NCBI RefSeq assembly: GCF_009914755.1
Contig: NC_060934.1
DNA: 64,000 nt
Strand: one strand, 5' to 3'
Origin: the human T2T-CHM13v2.0 reference genome, Homo sapiens
The first letter of the stretch is position 1. Each line of letters starts with the position of its first letter. A program made the position numbers and the translations under genes. This document shows positions 31,026-45,288 of this stretch, one piece after another. The notes below the pieces were generated by a model. It had not been told where the DNA came from, did not search any database, and saw nothing but the letters and a program-made list of their open reading frames with translations.

Positions 31026-32129
31026 CACTGTCTCCTTGCCCCCATGTGCTGTGTACATCCCTGGACTCCCAATCAACTATAAAATTTGCTGTGTTTGGGA
31101 AGGACGCAGGGGCTAGGGCACCCTAATAGAAAAGCTGACTCTATGCATTTCTGTTAAAAGAAGAGCCTAACAGAGGTGGGAAGTGGAGCACCAAGATAGG
31201 AAGTGTGCACTGGAAAGGGCTTCCCAATGGGGAGAAGAGGCACTGGCAGGGGGAAGAGAGTCAGCCTGAGAGAGGTGGAGACAGAGAAAAAGAAGCCGAC
31301 TTAGCTGCAGGGGACCTGCTGCTGAGAGTGAAGAGTGAAACGTGCTGACAGCCTTGTCAGGAAGTCACCTCGATGCATCCCACACCCCTGTCTGTCAGGT
31401 TCCATCTCCCCAGGGGAGGAGCTCTGTGAGTCAAGCTGCTCTCTGTCCATCCCCGCCACCCCCCACAATACACACACACAGCCCTGCTCCCCAAGATGGA
31501 ATTAATTTCTGGCTATTATTTTTTTCACCTGGAGAAGTACTGCAAGTTTTGACAGCATTAGGGAAGATGAGAGAAGTAGGAAAAAGTCAGGACTACCCAG
31601 GGTGGGGCCACCTAGGCTGGGGCTGGGTCACCCTAGGTGGTGCCTAGGATTGAGCTGATCTTCTGGGTTGATGTGGCAGTTAACATAGAGCTGGACTTTT
31701 CTCTAACAGCTCTGAGTCTGGAACGGCTGTGGGTCACCGAGGACACATCACGGCCCTGGAACAAAGCTGGGCTCTTGTATAGCTCTGTTCTCCTGAAGGG
31801 GATGGTTGGAGTTTGGAGAGACTGATGAGGGCAGCCTTACGTGTGAGGTGGAGATTCTATCTCCCTAGCCTTGGGAGTCAGAAGTGATTTCCACCCTCTT
31901 TGGCCACCCTCTGGGGTTTCTTTTCTGGCCTTGTCTCCTTGCTCCCAGCTTCCCATCTGTGGGAATAGGTCTCAAGTTTCAGCCCCAGTCTCTGGTTTCA
32001 CCCACTCCTAGGGCTTCACCTATCCCCTTAATAACTCCTTAGTCTGTGTTTAAAAAATCCTTTTTTTTTTTTGGTCCTTTACTTTAAAAATGTAGTCTAG
32101 GAACATACGCTTATAAAAATTTCCATTTT

Positions 32130-32420
32130 GGCCAGGCGTGCTGGCTCACGCCTGTGATTCTAGCACTTTGGGAGGCTGAAGCAGGTAGATCACTCGACCT
32201 CAGAAGTTGGAGACCTGCCTGGGCAACACAGCAAGACCCCATCTCTACAAAAAATACAAAAATCAGCCAGGCATGGTGGTGCACACCTGTGGTCCCAGCT
32301 ACCCAGGAGGCTGAAGTGGAAGGATCATTCAAGCCCAGGAGTTGAAGGCTGAGTGAGCCATGATCAGGCCACTGCACTCCAGCCTGGGCGACAGACTGAG
32401 ACCCTATCTCAAGAAAAAAA
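32130..32420 (+). mobile_element. AluJ
   Basis: Full dimer. Confidence 0.88.
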
Positions 32421-32657
32421 TTCGATGTCAAACTTCTGTATTGTATAAAGGAGTGAAAGCCTTTCTCTTTCCCTCTAATTCTATTCCCTTTTCCATAAGC
32501 AACTACTGTTAACAATTCAGTGTGTAGTCTTCTAGGTCTCTTACATAGTCACCATATAGACACACACAAAAATAGGGTTTAAAACAATTACTGTATATTT
32601 ATCGTGTCATACTATTATTTTGCAATTTGCCTTTTTCACTTAAAAATACCAGAGATG

Positions 32658-33163
<506 letters not shown>

Positions 33164-33346
33164 TCAATATGTGTGGATATATTTCACATGACACTCCAGA
33201 ATAGATTGAACCAATTCTTTATTCATAGACCTTTAGGTTATTTCCAAGCGATGCCACAATGATCCTGCTTTAATACATGTCATTTTTTGGTACAAGAATG
33301 AATATTTCCTGAGATTAACGTTTCTAGAAGTGGCATCTGTGAGTCA

Positions 33347-33739
<393 letters not shown>

Positions 33740-34039
33740 TTATTGCAAGGTGAATGTCTCTAAGTGCTTCAAACTTGACAAGTCCAATGCCAAGGGCATT
33801 GTTCCCTCTTTTCCCATCCTGCTACTCTGCCTCCCAGCCTCCTTGCTTTGGTCAGCATCATTCCTACACATGCTTTTGCCCAAACATCATACTTTGAGTC
33901 ATCTTTGACCAAGGCATCTGTGTGTTCAGATTTGCCCAGAGTTGTCCACAGTTCATGTCTATTGTCTTGGTAAAATCATTGCTAGAACTCCATTTATGCT
34001 CAAAACTGTTCTAGATTGCATGATAAATTATGTGCCCAC

Positions 34040-34330
34040 ATTATCTCTCTTCATCTGATTCCTGTTCAGTTCATCACAAAGTCCCAGCAGTTGTTTTTCC
34101 ACTCTTCCCTCTGTTCCTTTGCCTCTGCATAGCTCAGGATTCCATCATCAGGCCTGAATGACAACAGGCTCTTAACTAGCCTCCCCACTCTGCATCTCTC
34201 ATTCCTCCAACCCATCCTTCCACTCCACTCCCAGTCTGGTCTTTTTAGGCCACTTATTTTTATCATATAATTCTTTGGCTCCCCACTGCCTACAGAATTG
34301 AGACCATTCAAGATCTGTCATAATGCCATG
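34040..34330. mobile_element. L2 fragment
   Basis: Pyrimidine-rich L2-like (ctcttaactagcctccc...catccttccac...ctttggctccccactgcctacag). Confidence 0.55.
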
Positions 34331-34687
34331 GCTCATCAGAGCAGACATCACCCATCCCCATAAAGTCAGAAATCTGCAGAACCTTATATGGAGCAAGGGC
34401 AATAATCAGGCACTGGAAAAACTTTTCCATGCCACTCAAATCTGCATGAGATGGCCTGGCATAAGAAAGGCAAATTAATAAGAGAAAAGACCCTTTGTGA
34501 TCTGAATGAAGCCCAGAAGGTGGCTTGGTGTCTCTCTGAACTCAGATCTGGGGCTAGCCATAGAGAGACCCCCTTGGGCAACATTCCTTCTAGCTCATTC
34601 TTTCTCTCCCTGCCCACTTGCTTTGCTACTTGCACAGTAATTCCAAGTGCGGTTTCTTGTTCCAGAGCTAGAGTCTCTAGGGACATC

Positions 34688-34985
<298 letters not shown>

Positions 34986-35994
34986 TGTAGGGACATCTTT
35001 TTGTTCTGCATAGTTTCTGATGGGCTCTTAACCAGCTGGTGCCTGCCCCCTGTACTCCATGCCAACTCCGAGGAATGCCATATATGATCCAAGATCAAAG
35101 AACACCCAATCCTTGAGTGAGTGGGAGGGTGGAAACACAGAGCCATATACTATGATAAGAATTGACCCTCAAGCCACACCCTGAGGGGACTACCCTAGGG
35201 AACCTACAGGGAGGGCCTGGTCAGAGCTCCCTATCCCTCCCCACCATGTTAACTCCCACCCACCTGAGTCTTTAGAATGAGCTTCTGGAGCTCTTCACCA
35301 AACCTAAGGGCACCTGCAGCCTCCCCACTCCCTTCCCTGGCATCCCTTCCCTTCACTCAGATGTTGCCAAATGGATGGTGAGCTTGGATAGGTCCTGGTG
35401 GCGGAACTCCAAACAGGGAGGGAGGCATCCTGGCCCCCTGCCAGCATTCTGTCCATAGTAATTTGGCAGGGAAATGCCAGCTGCATATATCTGCACATCT
35501 GTTTATGCCTCTGGCTTGTTATTTATTCTCTGCCTTTCATGGGCAGCAGAGCCAGAGCACACCTCAACTCTTCCCAAGTCAGATTAACTGGGAAAGAAGG
35601 CTGGGACATTCAGTCACTACAATTGCTGATGCTCATTGAAGGATTTGCCTTCTTCAGCAGCTGCTGCCACTTTTCATAGAGACACAGAGGAGAGGATCGG
35701 GGGGAAGGGAGGGAAAGGGATAAGGGTGGGAGGAGAGGTGAAGAGAGGAGAGGGCTGTAGTGTTTGAGCCACAGTTGTGCTGGGAGTACTCAAATCAGGT
35801 GGGCTGATTCTGAGCTCCACTGGAGAAGGGGAGTTGGCCAGTCTGTCAGAAACAATCACCCTGACCTTCCTTCCTGCTAACCACCAGATTTCGGCGTGTG
35901 TGTTCTTGTATGGCTTGGGTAAGAGTCAGTCGTGGGAATAAGGCTTTTAACAGAGGTTTGGTGGGATAGGCTTCTTGGGGTGCTTAAATAACTT

Positions 35995-36282
<288 letters not shown>

Positions 36283-37518
36283 TAACTTTTCTTGAGGGAT
36301 TCCTGGGGTGAAGTACCTGGTGGTGAAGAATCAGAAGCCAGGCCCTGTCCCTGGGATTAAGGACAAGGAATGAGAAGGAAGAGGGAGGAATAAGAGGAAG
36401 GGAACAAGAAGGAAAAGGAAAAGGTGTTTTGAAGAATGAGGAATGTTTAGCAGGGAAGAAGAGGGAAAAGCGGAGGGACCTGGAAGTTTGGTGATCCTTG
36501 AAATAGTGGGGGTGCTGTCCTTGGTCCTGACTGACAAAGGGCCCACGAATAGCCCAGACGGAGTGCCTACCCCAAACTCCCTGCAATTTCCCATGAAGGT
36601 GACCAGATGATTTTGGAGGAAGAACAAAGAGCTAGAGCTGCATCTGATGGGAACTGAATCCACAGGCCTGGCTTCGCTCTCACACCTTCTCCTTCTCCTA
36701 CCTTTCCCCAAAGCAACTCCCTGTTTAATAAATGCTCCTTGCAAGAGGTAGACAGTTGTGGGCTCAGAGGAGATCTGGGCAGGACTCCTGGGGAAGGGTG
36801 CAGGTACCTGTGCCCTGAAGACCCCTGGCCTAAGTCCCTCCTCATGAGATAAGTTGGCTGGAAAGTGGAGGTGCCCTAAGGTGGGAGTACTGGCCTGATC
36901 AGATTAAAAGCAACCAGATCCTGCTAAAAGCCTGGATTGACATTATGCTTCCACTTTCTCTCCTGTTCCTTTGCAGAACTTGAATACCAACACCATTTTT
37001 CCCTCCTTTAAAAAATTGTATGTAACAAGCTGTTCACAGGCAGGCCTTGCACAGATGGGGGTTTAATCAGCTACAGTCTAAGCACACAAGCATTCCAGCC
37101 TAATTCAATTCCTGTCAGTTCATTAGGGGAAATATTCATCACCCAGAGATTACAGCAGGGCCAAAACTCTGAATGGATTCTAAAGAGCTGTCAGTGGAGT
37201 AGCAACTGCACCAGCCTATGCAGGGGGCCATATTGTGTGGAGGGTGTCTGGCAGCCCTGGCCATGCTCTGAGACCCCTGATCCTACCGGGCTTCTTCACA
37301 GGGACTCTGTTTTGAGAATCACTGTTTTGCAGACCTCAAGGCAAGGCACTGAGGGGGAAGATAAGAGAGAAATACAACTGCATTTGGGAGTCCCTATTTA
37401 AAGGGGACATGGAGGCTCCTCCTTTTAGGGAGCCTCTAGTCCAATGGGGGAGACGTGGCTTCCACCCTCCGGAGTGCTCTCTGAGTTCTCTGAAGACTGC
37501 TGACTTATAAATGATTAG

Positions 37519-37927
<409 letters not shown>

Positions 37928-39175
37928 TAAATTGGAGCAGAAGCTGGAAATAGAAGTCAGGGCACAGACTCAAGACCATGGGACGCTATTACTTTTCTTG
38001 TGCCATGGGAGCCTAGGTCAGGTGAACCTGGGCGGTGGAGGTAAGGGATCTCTTCCAGGTTGGATTTTCCCAAATAGATGAGACCCTCAATATCAAGTGA
38101 CCTTAACCATCTCGTATGGAGAGGCTTGAGTATTTCCCTGTGTGTAGTTTCTGCCCACATCCCTATATGAAGCGTAGGAAGCTTGTTTGTTGATCACCTC
38201 TGGCTTTCCCAGGGCTATCCTCTGCCTCCCATTTTTCTCTTGTCCTCCCTGGTGGTGGTGCGGAAGTCTTGCCTTGGATGGTTCACTAATCCTAGGGTGT
38301 CTGAACCAAAGGCAAGGCACTCACAGGGCTAGACTTTGGCCTCAAAGCCCATAGTGCTTCCTGCCATCCCGTTTCTAGGCTTCAGCCCTAGACATGTCCT
38401 CTGGACTGAGGAGAGCTGGTCACCTGTGAGGTCTATTTCCTCTGCCTAGGTCTTCTGCCCTTTTGCTCACCTGGGCTAAGACGGAGAATGGGAGAGAAGA
38501 AACACGGAGCATGTGGCCTACCCTCCCATGTGGGTGAGGGAGAGCTTCCTGCAGCTGAGACCCGAAAGATAACTGTGAGGTACCAGTTGAGGGGCTGGGG
38601 AGGATTTTTGCCCTCACTGAGCCCCTGTGCTCCCTAGACTTCTTTCCCAGACTCCTGAAACCCATTCTTGGCTCAGAGTCCTTCAGTCAGTCTCCATGAG
38701 CCCTACCCCTCCACCCACAGCCTGCCCAGCATCCGGCTTCCTAGGGAGTCCCTCGGCTCTGAGACTACATCAGGACAATATTCCACAGGGATTCAGTTGG
38801 AAGACTTCTGACCTGGAGGGTGGGGTCTGGCTGTTTCTCAAAGGGAGCGACCAAAGCCTAGAAGGCACATAGGCTCTGCCACTCTCAGGCCCATCTCCTT
38901 AGGAAGGAATCAGGGACAGCAATAAGAACCCAGAACAAAGGGCCAGGAGGCTGATAGAGGGGACAAGATCCAGGTCAGAAACAAAAACTCAGCTTAGCCA
39001 CAGTGATGCTTGAGAGTTATGAGATGGCTGGGGAGATCCACAAGCACCTTTTCATTGGGCACAGGTATAACCTACCTTGAACTTGGGACCTGGAGCCAGG
39101 TCCTGACACTGAATGGGCAGTTATAATCTACTTGGGAGCCTGGCTAGAAACCTTGTTTTCCCACTTACTAGCTAG

Positions 39176-40450
<1,275 letters not shown>

Positions 40451-40456
40451 GCTTTG

Positions 40457-40716
40457 TTTTGGGAGGCTGAGGAGGGCAGATCACATGAGGCCAGGAGTTT
40501 GAGACCAGCCTGATCAACATGGCAAAACCTTGTCTCTACTAAAAATACAAAAATTAACCAGGTGTGGTAGTGCACATCTGTAATCTCAGCTACTCGGAAG
40601 GCTGAGGCAGGAGAATTGCTTGAACCTGGGAGGTGGAGGTTCAAGTGGCTTGAACTCCACCTGGGAGGTGGAGTGCAGTGGCTTGATCTCGGCTCACTGC
40701 ACTCCAGCCTGGGTGA
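40457..40716 (+). mobile_element. Rearranged, tail-less AluS
   Basis: Both ends truncated; internal inversion at 40631-40706. Confidence 0.88.
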
Positions 40717-40984
40717 ACCTATCTGACAGGATTCTAGCCATTGAGAAGATGGGGCACCTCTTCCTTAGCAAAGGGAGGCTAAGGAGATCCCATCCTGAGT
40801 TTCCCATGGTCAGAAGTAAGTGTGTCTCTATGGGACTCCTGGGGCTTGTGGACATGGTGTAGGATAGGGAGAACCTCAGGATTAACCAGCACTCTTGGGG
40901 GTCCCCTGCTCTGGCTTTTTGGGGCCACCAGAGCCAGAGCTACAGTGGCAGTTGATGGGAATAGCCCTCAGTGACCAGTGGGGC

Positions 40985-41205
40985 TTCAGCAGGTAATTAC
41001 CCGGCAAAAGCTGGGAACTGACAGGGTAATTATTAGCTTCTAATTGCAGGGCAAACTCAGGCCGGGATCCTTCTCTCCAAAGCAGAGGGCATTACTATTT
41101 GCATAGCAATTAATTACTTTGGGAGCTACGGAATTTAATTACCCACTAGTCCACAGGAGCCAATAATTAAATTACTCTCAGAAACAGGGTATTTATTTCC
41201 CAGTT
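40985..41205. promoter_or_regulatory. Homeodomain-motif cluster (5x TAATTA), candidate enhancer
   Basis: TAATTA at 40994, 41027, 41111, 41136 and 41164; TAATTG at 41041; TGACAG at 41019. Confidence 0.55.
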
Positions 41206-41739
41206 AGTGTGAGCAGGTAGCTCTTCCTTTGGGGGGTGTGCCTGGGTGATGACCCCTAAACCGATTGCTGGTCCTTGGCCTGAGCAGGCAAAGAGTGGTG
41301 ACCACGGTGCCCAGCAGGGAGTGCCCGCACCTTGATGAGGACGGACACCCAAGCATACACAGATACAGGCCCTTGTAGGGCATGCAGACACATGATACCA
41401 TGTGCTAGCCATGACTCATGGACTGGCGTTTGGATGTACAGTAACTCATTGTAAGTGGGGCACACACACTCAGCGAGAATTACACACATGGTGAGGAACA
41501 GGCAAAGAGGCCAAAGAGGGAATTTTGGCTCTATCATTTTGCCACTATTGTTTTGCCTAACTTGCATCAAAATGTGTTTGTGGTACTATGTACTTTGGTC
41601 AACAGGCTGTGGTTCTGAGCCCATATGGAATCCATCTTCATCCCTGATGCCTCTCAAAATGGGGTTTGGGTTGGGAGGGCCTCAGGACAGAGTAGGCGCT
41701 AGGGAGGGGCTGGCACTGTCTATTTTGAACATGAATTGA

Positions 41740-42059
<320 letters not shown>

Positions 42060-44689
42060 TAAAATCCTGAAAGTTTAATGTTTTTGCATCAAAATGGCCA
42101 TGCCAAAATGTCATATATGCCTGAGAGACAGGAGTTGATAGAAGACCCTGAGGTCTGGAGGAACCTAGAGACTTCCAAATAGAAAGCAGCCCCTTGAAGC
42201 AGAGCTGTGTTGGGTCCAGCATTTACTCTCCCTCTTCATAGAAAACAGGGTCCCAGAAGGAGGCATGAAGGGATGGGGTGTGTCTGGGTTAGCTTGCCCA
42301 GTGTCAGGACCTCCAGTCCTGAAGGAGAAAGCCCAGAGCTGGGTGGTGTCTGCCAGGTCCGCTCTCCCCGAAGTCCACTCCTCGCCTTCCTTGGCGTTGC
42401 TTCCCATTGGCTGCCTGGGGGCAGTGGTCAGAGGTAACTGAGGCAATGTGGTTTTCACCTCTATCTACTTAGAGAGTATGGGAAGTCCCTGGCCCTGGAG
42501 CTGGGGATTCTAGTGTTAGAGGCAGCCTTGCTGCTTGGTGGGTTGCCCATTCCTCTGGGCTGGTGGGCCCAGGTCTTTGTGCACTGCTCCCAATAAGGAA
42601 GGGCAGAAGAATGGGGCCCGCTTCCCTTGTTCTCCACTCCCTTCATCCTGAAGGTGTCTCAGGCAGGTCAAGTGGGCACTGGTTATTCTGTGGTTATCTT
42701 CCTTCCTCCTTTTCCCCAGGTGACTATGGAACCCCTCGCATGTGCAGGTCCAGAGCCAGGCCACCGCACAGCCCCACTGCCCCATCCCAACTGATGTCAG
42801 CTCCCAGCCCCTGACCCCTTGGAATTCCCCTCCAAAGCCTAGAGCTGAGTCCCTGTCGCCACCCTTCCAGCTTAGCCTTGGGCCCTTCCCAGGTGGGATC
42901 CTGTAGATGCTTCTAATGAAGTTCTCTCTGACTCTGTTTGGGGCACCCACCACCCGTGGAAAGGAGCGGCGGCCGCCCCGGCCCAGGCTGCTGACAGCAG
43001 CAATCCATCTCCATCACAGTAATGGCGTCCCCATTAATCGGCCATAAACTAATAAAGCAATCACTTTCCACCCCTCACCCCCCCGCCCCAACTTCATTAA
43101 GTCTTTAGTACATTAATATGTCTTACTTAGTGTCAGCCAAGCCTCTTTCTCTGTTTGGGGTGGAGCATGCTGGGGTGGGCACCTCGCCCGGTGGGTGGGG
43201 GCACATGACCCCTCTCCTGGTCTGGGTAGGGGGCTGCTGACTCAGGGCAACCCACTCCCCCTCTCCCTCCTTCCTCTCCACCCACTGTCCCCTTGAGGGC
43301 CTTGAAAGGCTGCAGAGAAGAGGAAGAGCGAGAGGAACAGGAAACTGTGGAGCAGGAGAGAGGAGGAAACGGGAAAGGAAAAGGAAGGAGGAAGACGGGA
43401 TGAGCTGGGGAGGAAGGGGGGAAGCTGGGAGGAAGGGGGAGACGGAATGGGGGAGGAGCTGTGCACCTCCAAATTAAATTTGTGATTCAGGCATCAGATG
43501 GGCCGACAGCCAGAGATTAATTCAACTGATCGAGTTATAAAGAGCGGGAGGCCTGGGTAATCAATCTTGCAGCTGTCAGGCCGACAGGCAGGAGTATTAA
43601 CCTGGCGAGACGGCACGTACCCAGGACTTTTTCATTTCATTCACCCCAACCATGTCCCTGACCACCTCTGGTCTGTCTCTCCAAGTAATAATAATTACGG
43701 CTGTTAACGATGACAGAGACAGGATGAGGGGACGGGCTCCTGCGGCAGGGCTTCCTCTCCCGGAGCTCCCACCCACTGCTCCGTCTGACCACTCCCAGAA
43801 GGTAGAGCAAGGACCAGCTCATGGCACTCTTTGAGAGGTGGGGAAATCGAGGCAGGAATTCCAAAAAGACCTTCAGACAGGCCAGAGGTGGGGCTGGAAA
43901 GGTACTTTGGGATAAAGGACAGTGCCCTAGATCCCTCTCAACTCTCGGGAAAAGAATTGTCCTTAAGTCAGCCAGCTTGGCCCCAACACGTTCAGCTGTG
44001 GCCAGGGAAGCTGGAATCAGGAAGGTGAGACAGATCCCCTCCTCCGGGCTATTTTGCCTCAGCCACAAACCTGAGCTCTGTGTGGCTTGGGTGGAGGTCC
44101 CATCCTGGGCACAGACTCCTGGGCTGGGGCTGCTGTTCTTCCTGGGCAGCCTTCTCTCCTCCTTCTCTCTCCTCCCACCTGACAGTGTCAGTCCACACCT
44201 AGGGGGTGGGGGTCTCCCTGCAGAGACTTGTGGAAACACCACCGTTTGAGTAGAGAAGGGGTGGGGATGGGGGAGCCCCCTTGAAGTTGACACCTCTCTC
44301 AGCTCTGGCTAATTTTCACATCCTTCAAATTCTGATATCTCTTTTTCCCTCCTTGCTCCAGGGAAAGGAAGGGAGAAGACAAGAGAGGGAGAGAGAGGTA
44401 AATAGGTAAGAAGATGTGCTGGGCACCTTTAGGGACTGCTGGGAGTGAGCCAGGGCCTCGTCAGTCCTCTGAAATTGTTATGCCAGGGTGAGCTGCTAGT
44501 AGTGGGGGCCTTGGAGGGCTGATGTGAACTCTGAGTTCTTTCTTCCATGCTCAGTGAGAACCAGGCACAGGGTTCGTGGAAGGGGCTATGGCCCCTGTGA
44601 TGCCCTCAGTATTCCCTATTATCATTTTCATTATTACCAATCAGGGACCACCCCGTCGCTACAGACAGCAATGCTGTAACAGTGACTAG

Positions 44690-44890
44690 TGCCAGAAACT
44701 GGCTAAAGGTTTTCTATACATTACTACTTTAATGTTCGCAAAGAGCCCTATGAAGCAAATTCTGTGATCAGCCCCATTTTACAGATGAAAACCTGAAGTT
44801 CAAAGAGGTTGGAAGACTCACTCAAGCTCTCACAGCCAGGAAATAGCAAAGCCAATACTGGGCCCCTAGCCAGAGCCTCAGCTCAGCATA
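44690..44890. mobile_element. MIR
   Basis: ccccattttacagatgaaaacctgaagttcaaagaggtt core. Confidence 0.75.
44728..44733 (-). terminator. Candidate ATTAAA poly(A) signal of TLX1NB, inside a MIR
   Basis: Plus-strand tttaat = ATTAAA on the minus strand, downstream of the 122-aa ORF. Confidence 0.45.
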
Positions 44891-44919
44891 GGCTAACTTT
44901 CCCCCAAGGCCCTCAAATG

Positions 44920-45288
44920 TCACTGTCCCCTCTGACCCCTGCCTCCACCAAGGTTCCTCAGTGTTCTCCGTAGGCGGATTCTGGATTTCTCCAGCTGAGG
45001 TGACCTGGGCACCAGATCCTTCTGGGTTTGAGAAGGGTGGGGAGGGTGATGCTTCTGTTTGTTTAGAGGGTGGGGCGGGGAACCTGGTGTCAGAGAACAC
45101 TCATCCGGGGCAAAGGGAAGAGTGGGGGCCCCACTCGGGGAGGCTCCCCAGTGCTCTGCCCTCAAGTAACCCCAGGGAGTAGGCTCTGCCCCCTCCCCAG
45201 GCCCCATGGCCTCTTGGGAAAGGAGAGAGTGCTGACTTGCCCATGCCCCCCGCCTTCCCCAGGGATGGAGCAATTGGAGGGGTGCCAT
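44920..45288 (-). CDS. TLX1NB: Putative TLX1 neighbor protein ORF (122 aa) in the terminal exon of TLX1NB; coding status doubtful, likely lncRNA
   Basis: True ATG in strong Kozak context (cccagcATGG). Length and position ~25 kb beyond KAZALD1 on the minus strand fit what I recall of TLX1NB. No recognisable domain. Minus-strand ATTAAA ~190 nt past the stop. Confidence 0.6.
   Translation of the reverse strand: MAPLQLLHPWGRRGAWASQHSLLSQEAMGPGEGAEPTPWGYLRAEHWGASPSGAPTLPFAPDECSLTPGSPPHPLNKQKHHPPHPSQTQKDLVPRSPQLEKSRIRLRRTLRNLGGGRGQRGQ

Noticed and set aside
43637-44293. 218-aa minus-strand ORF
   Set aside because: Non-ATG start, no domain, no supporting splice structure.
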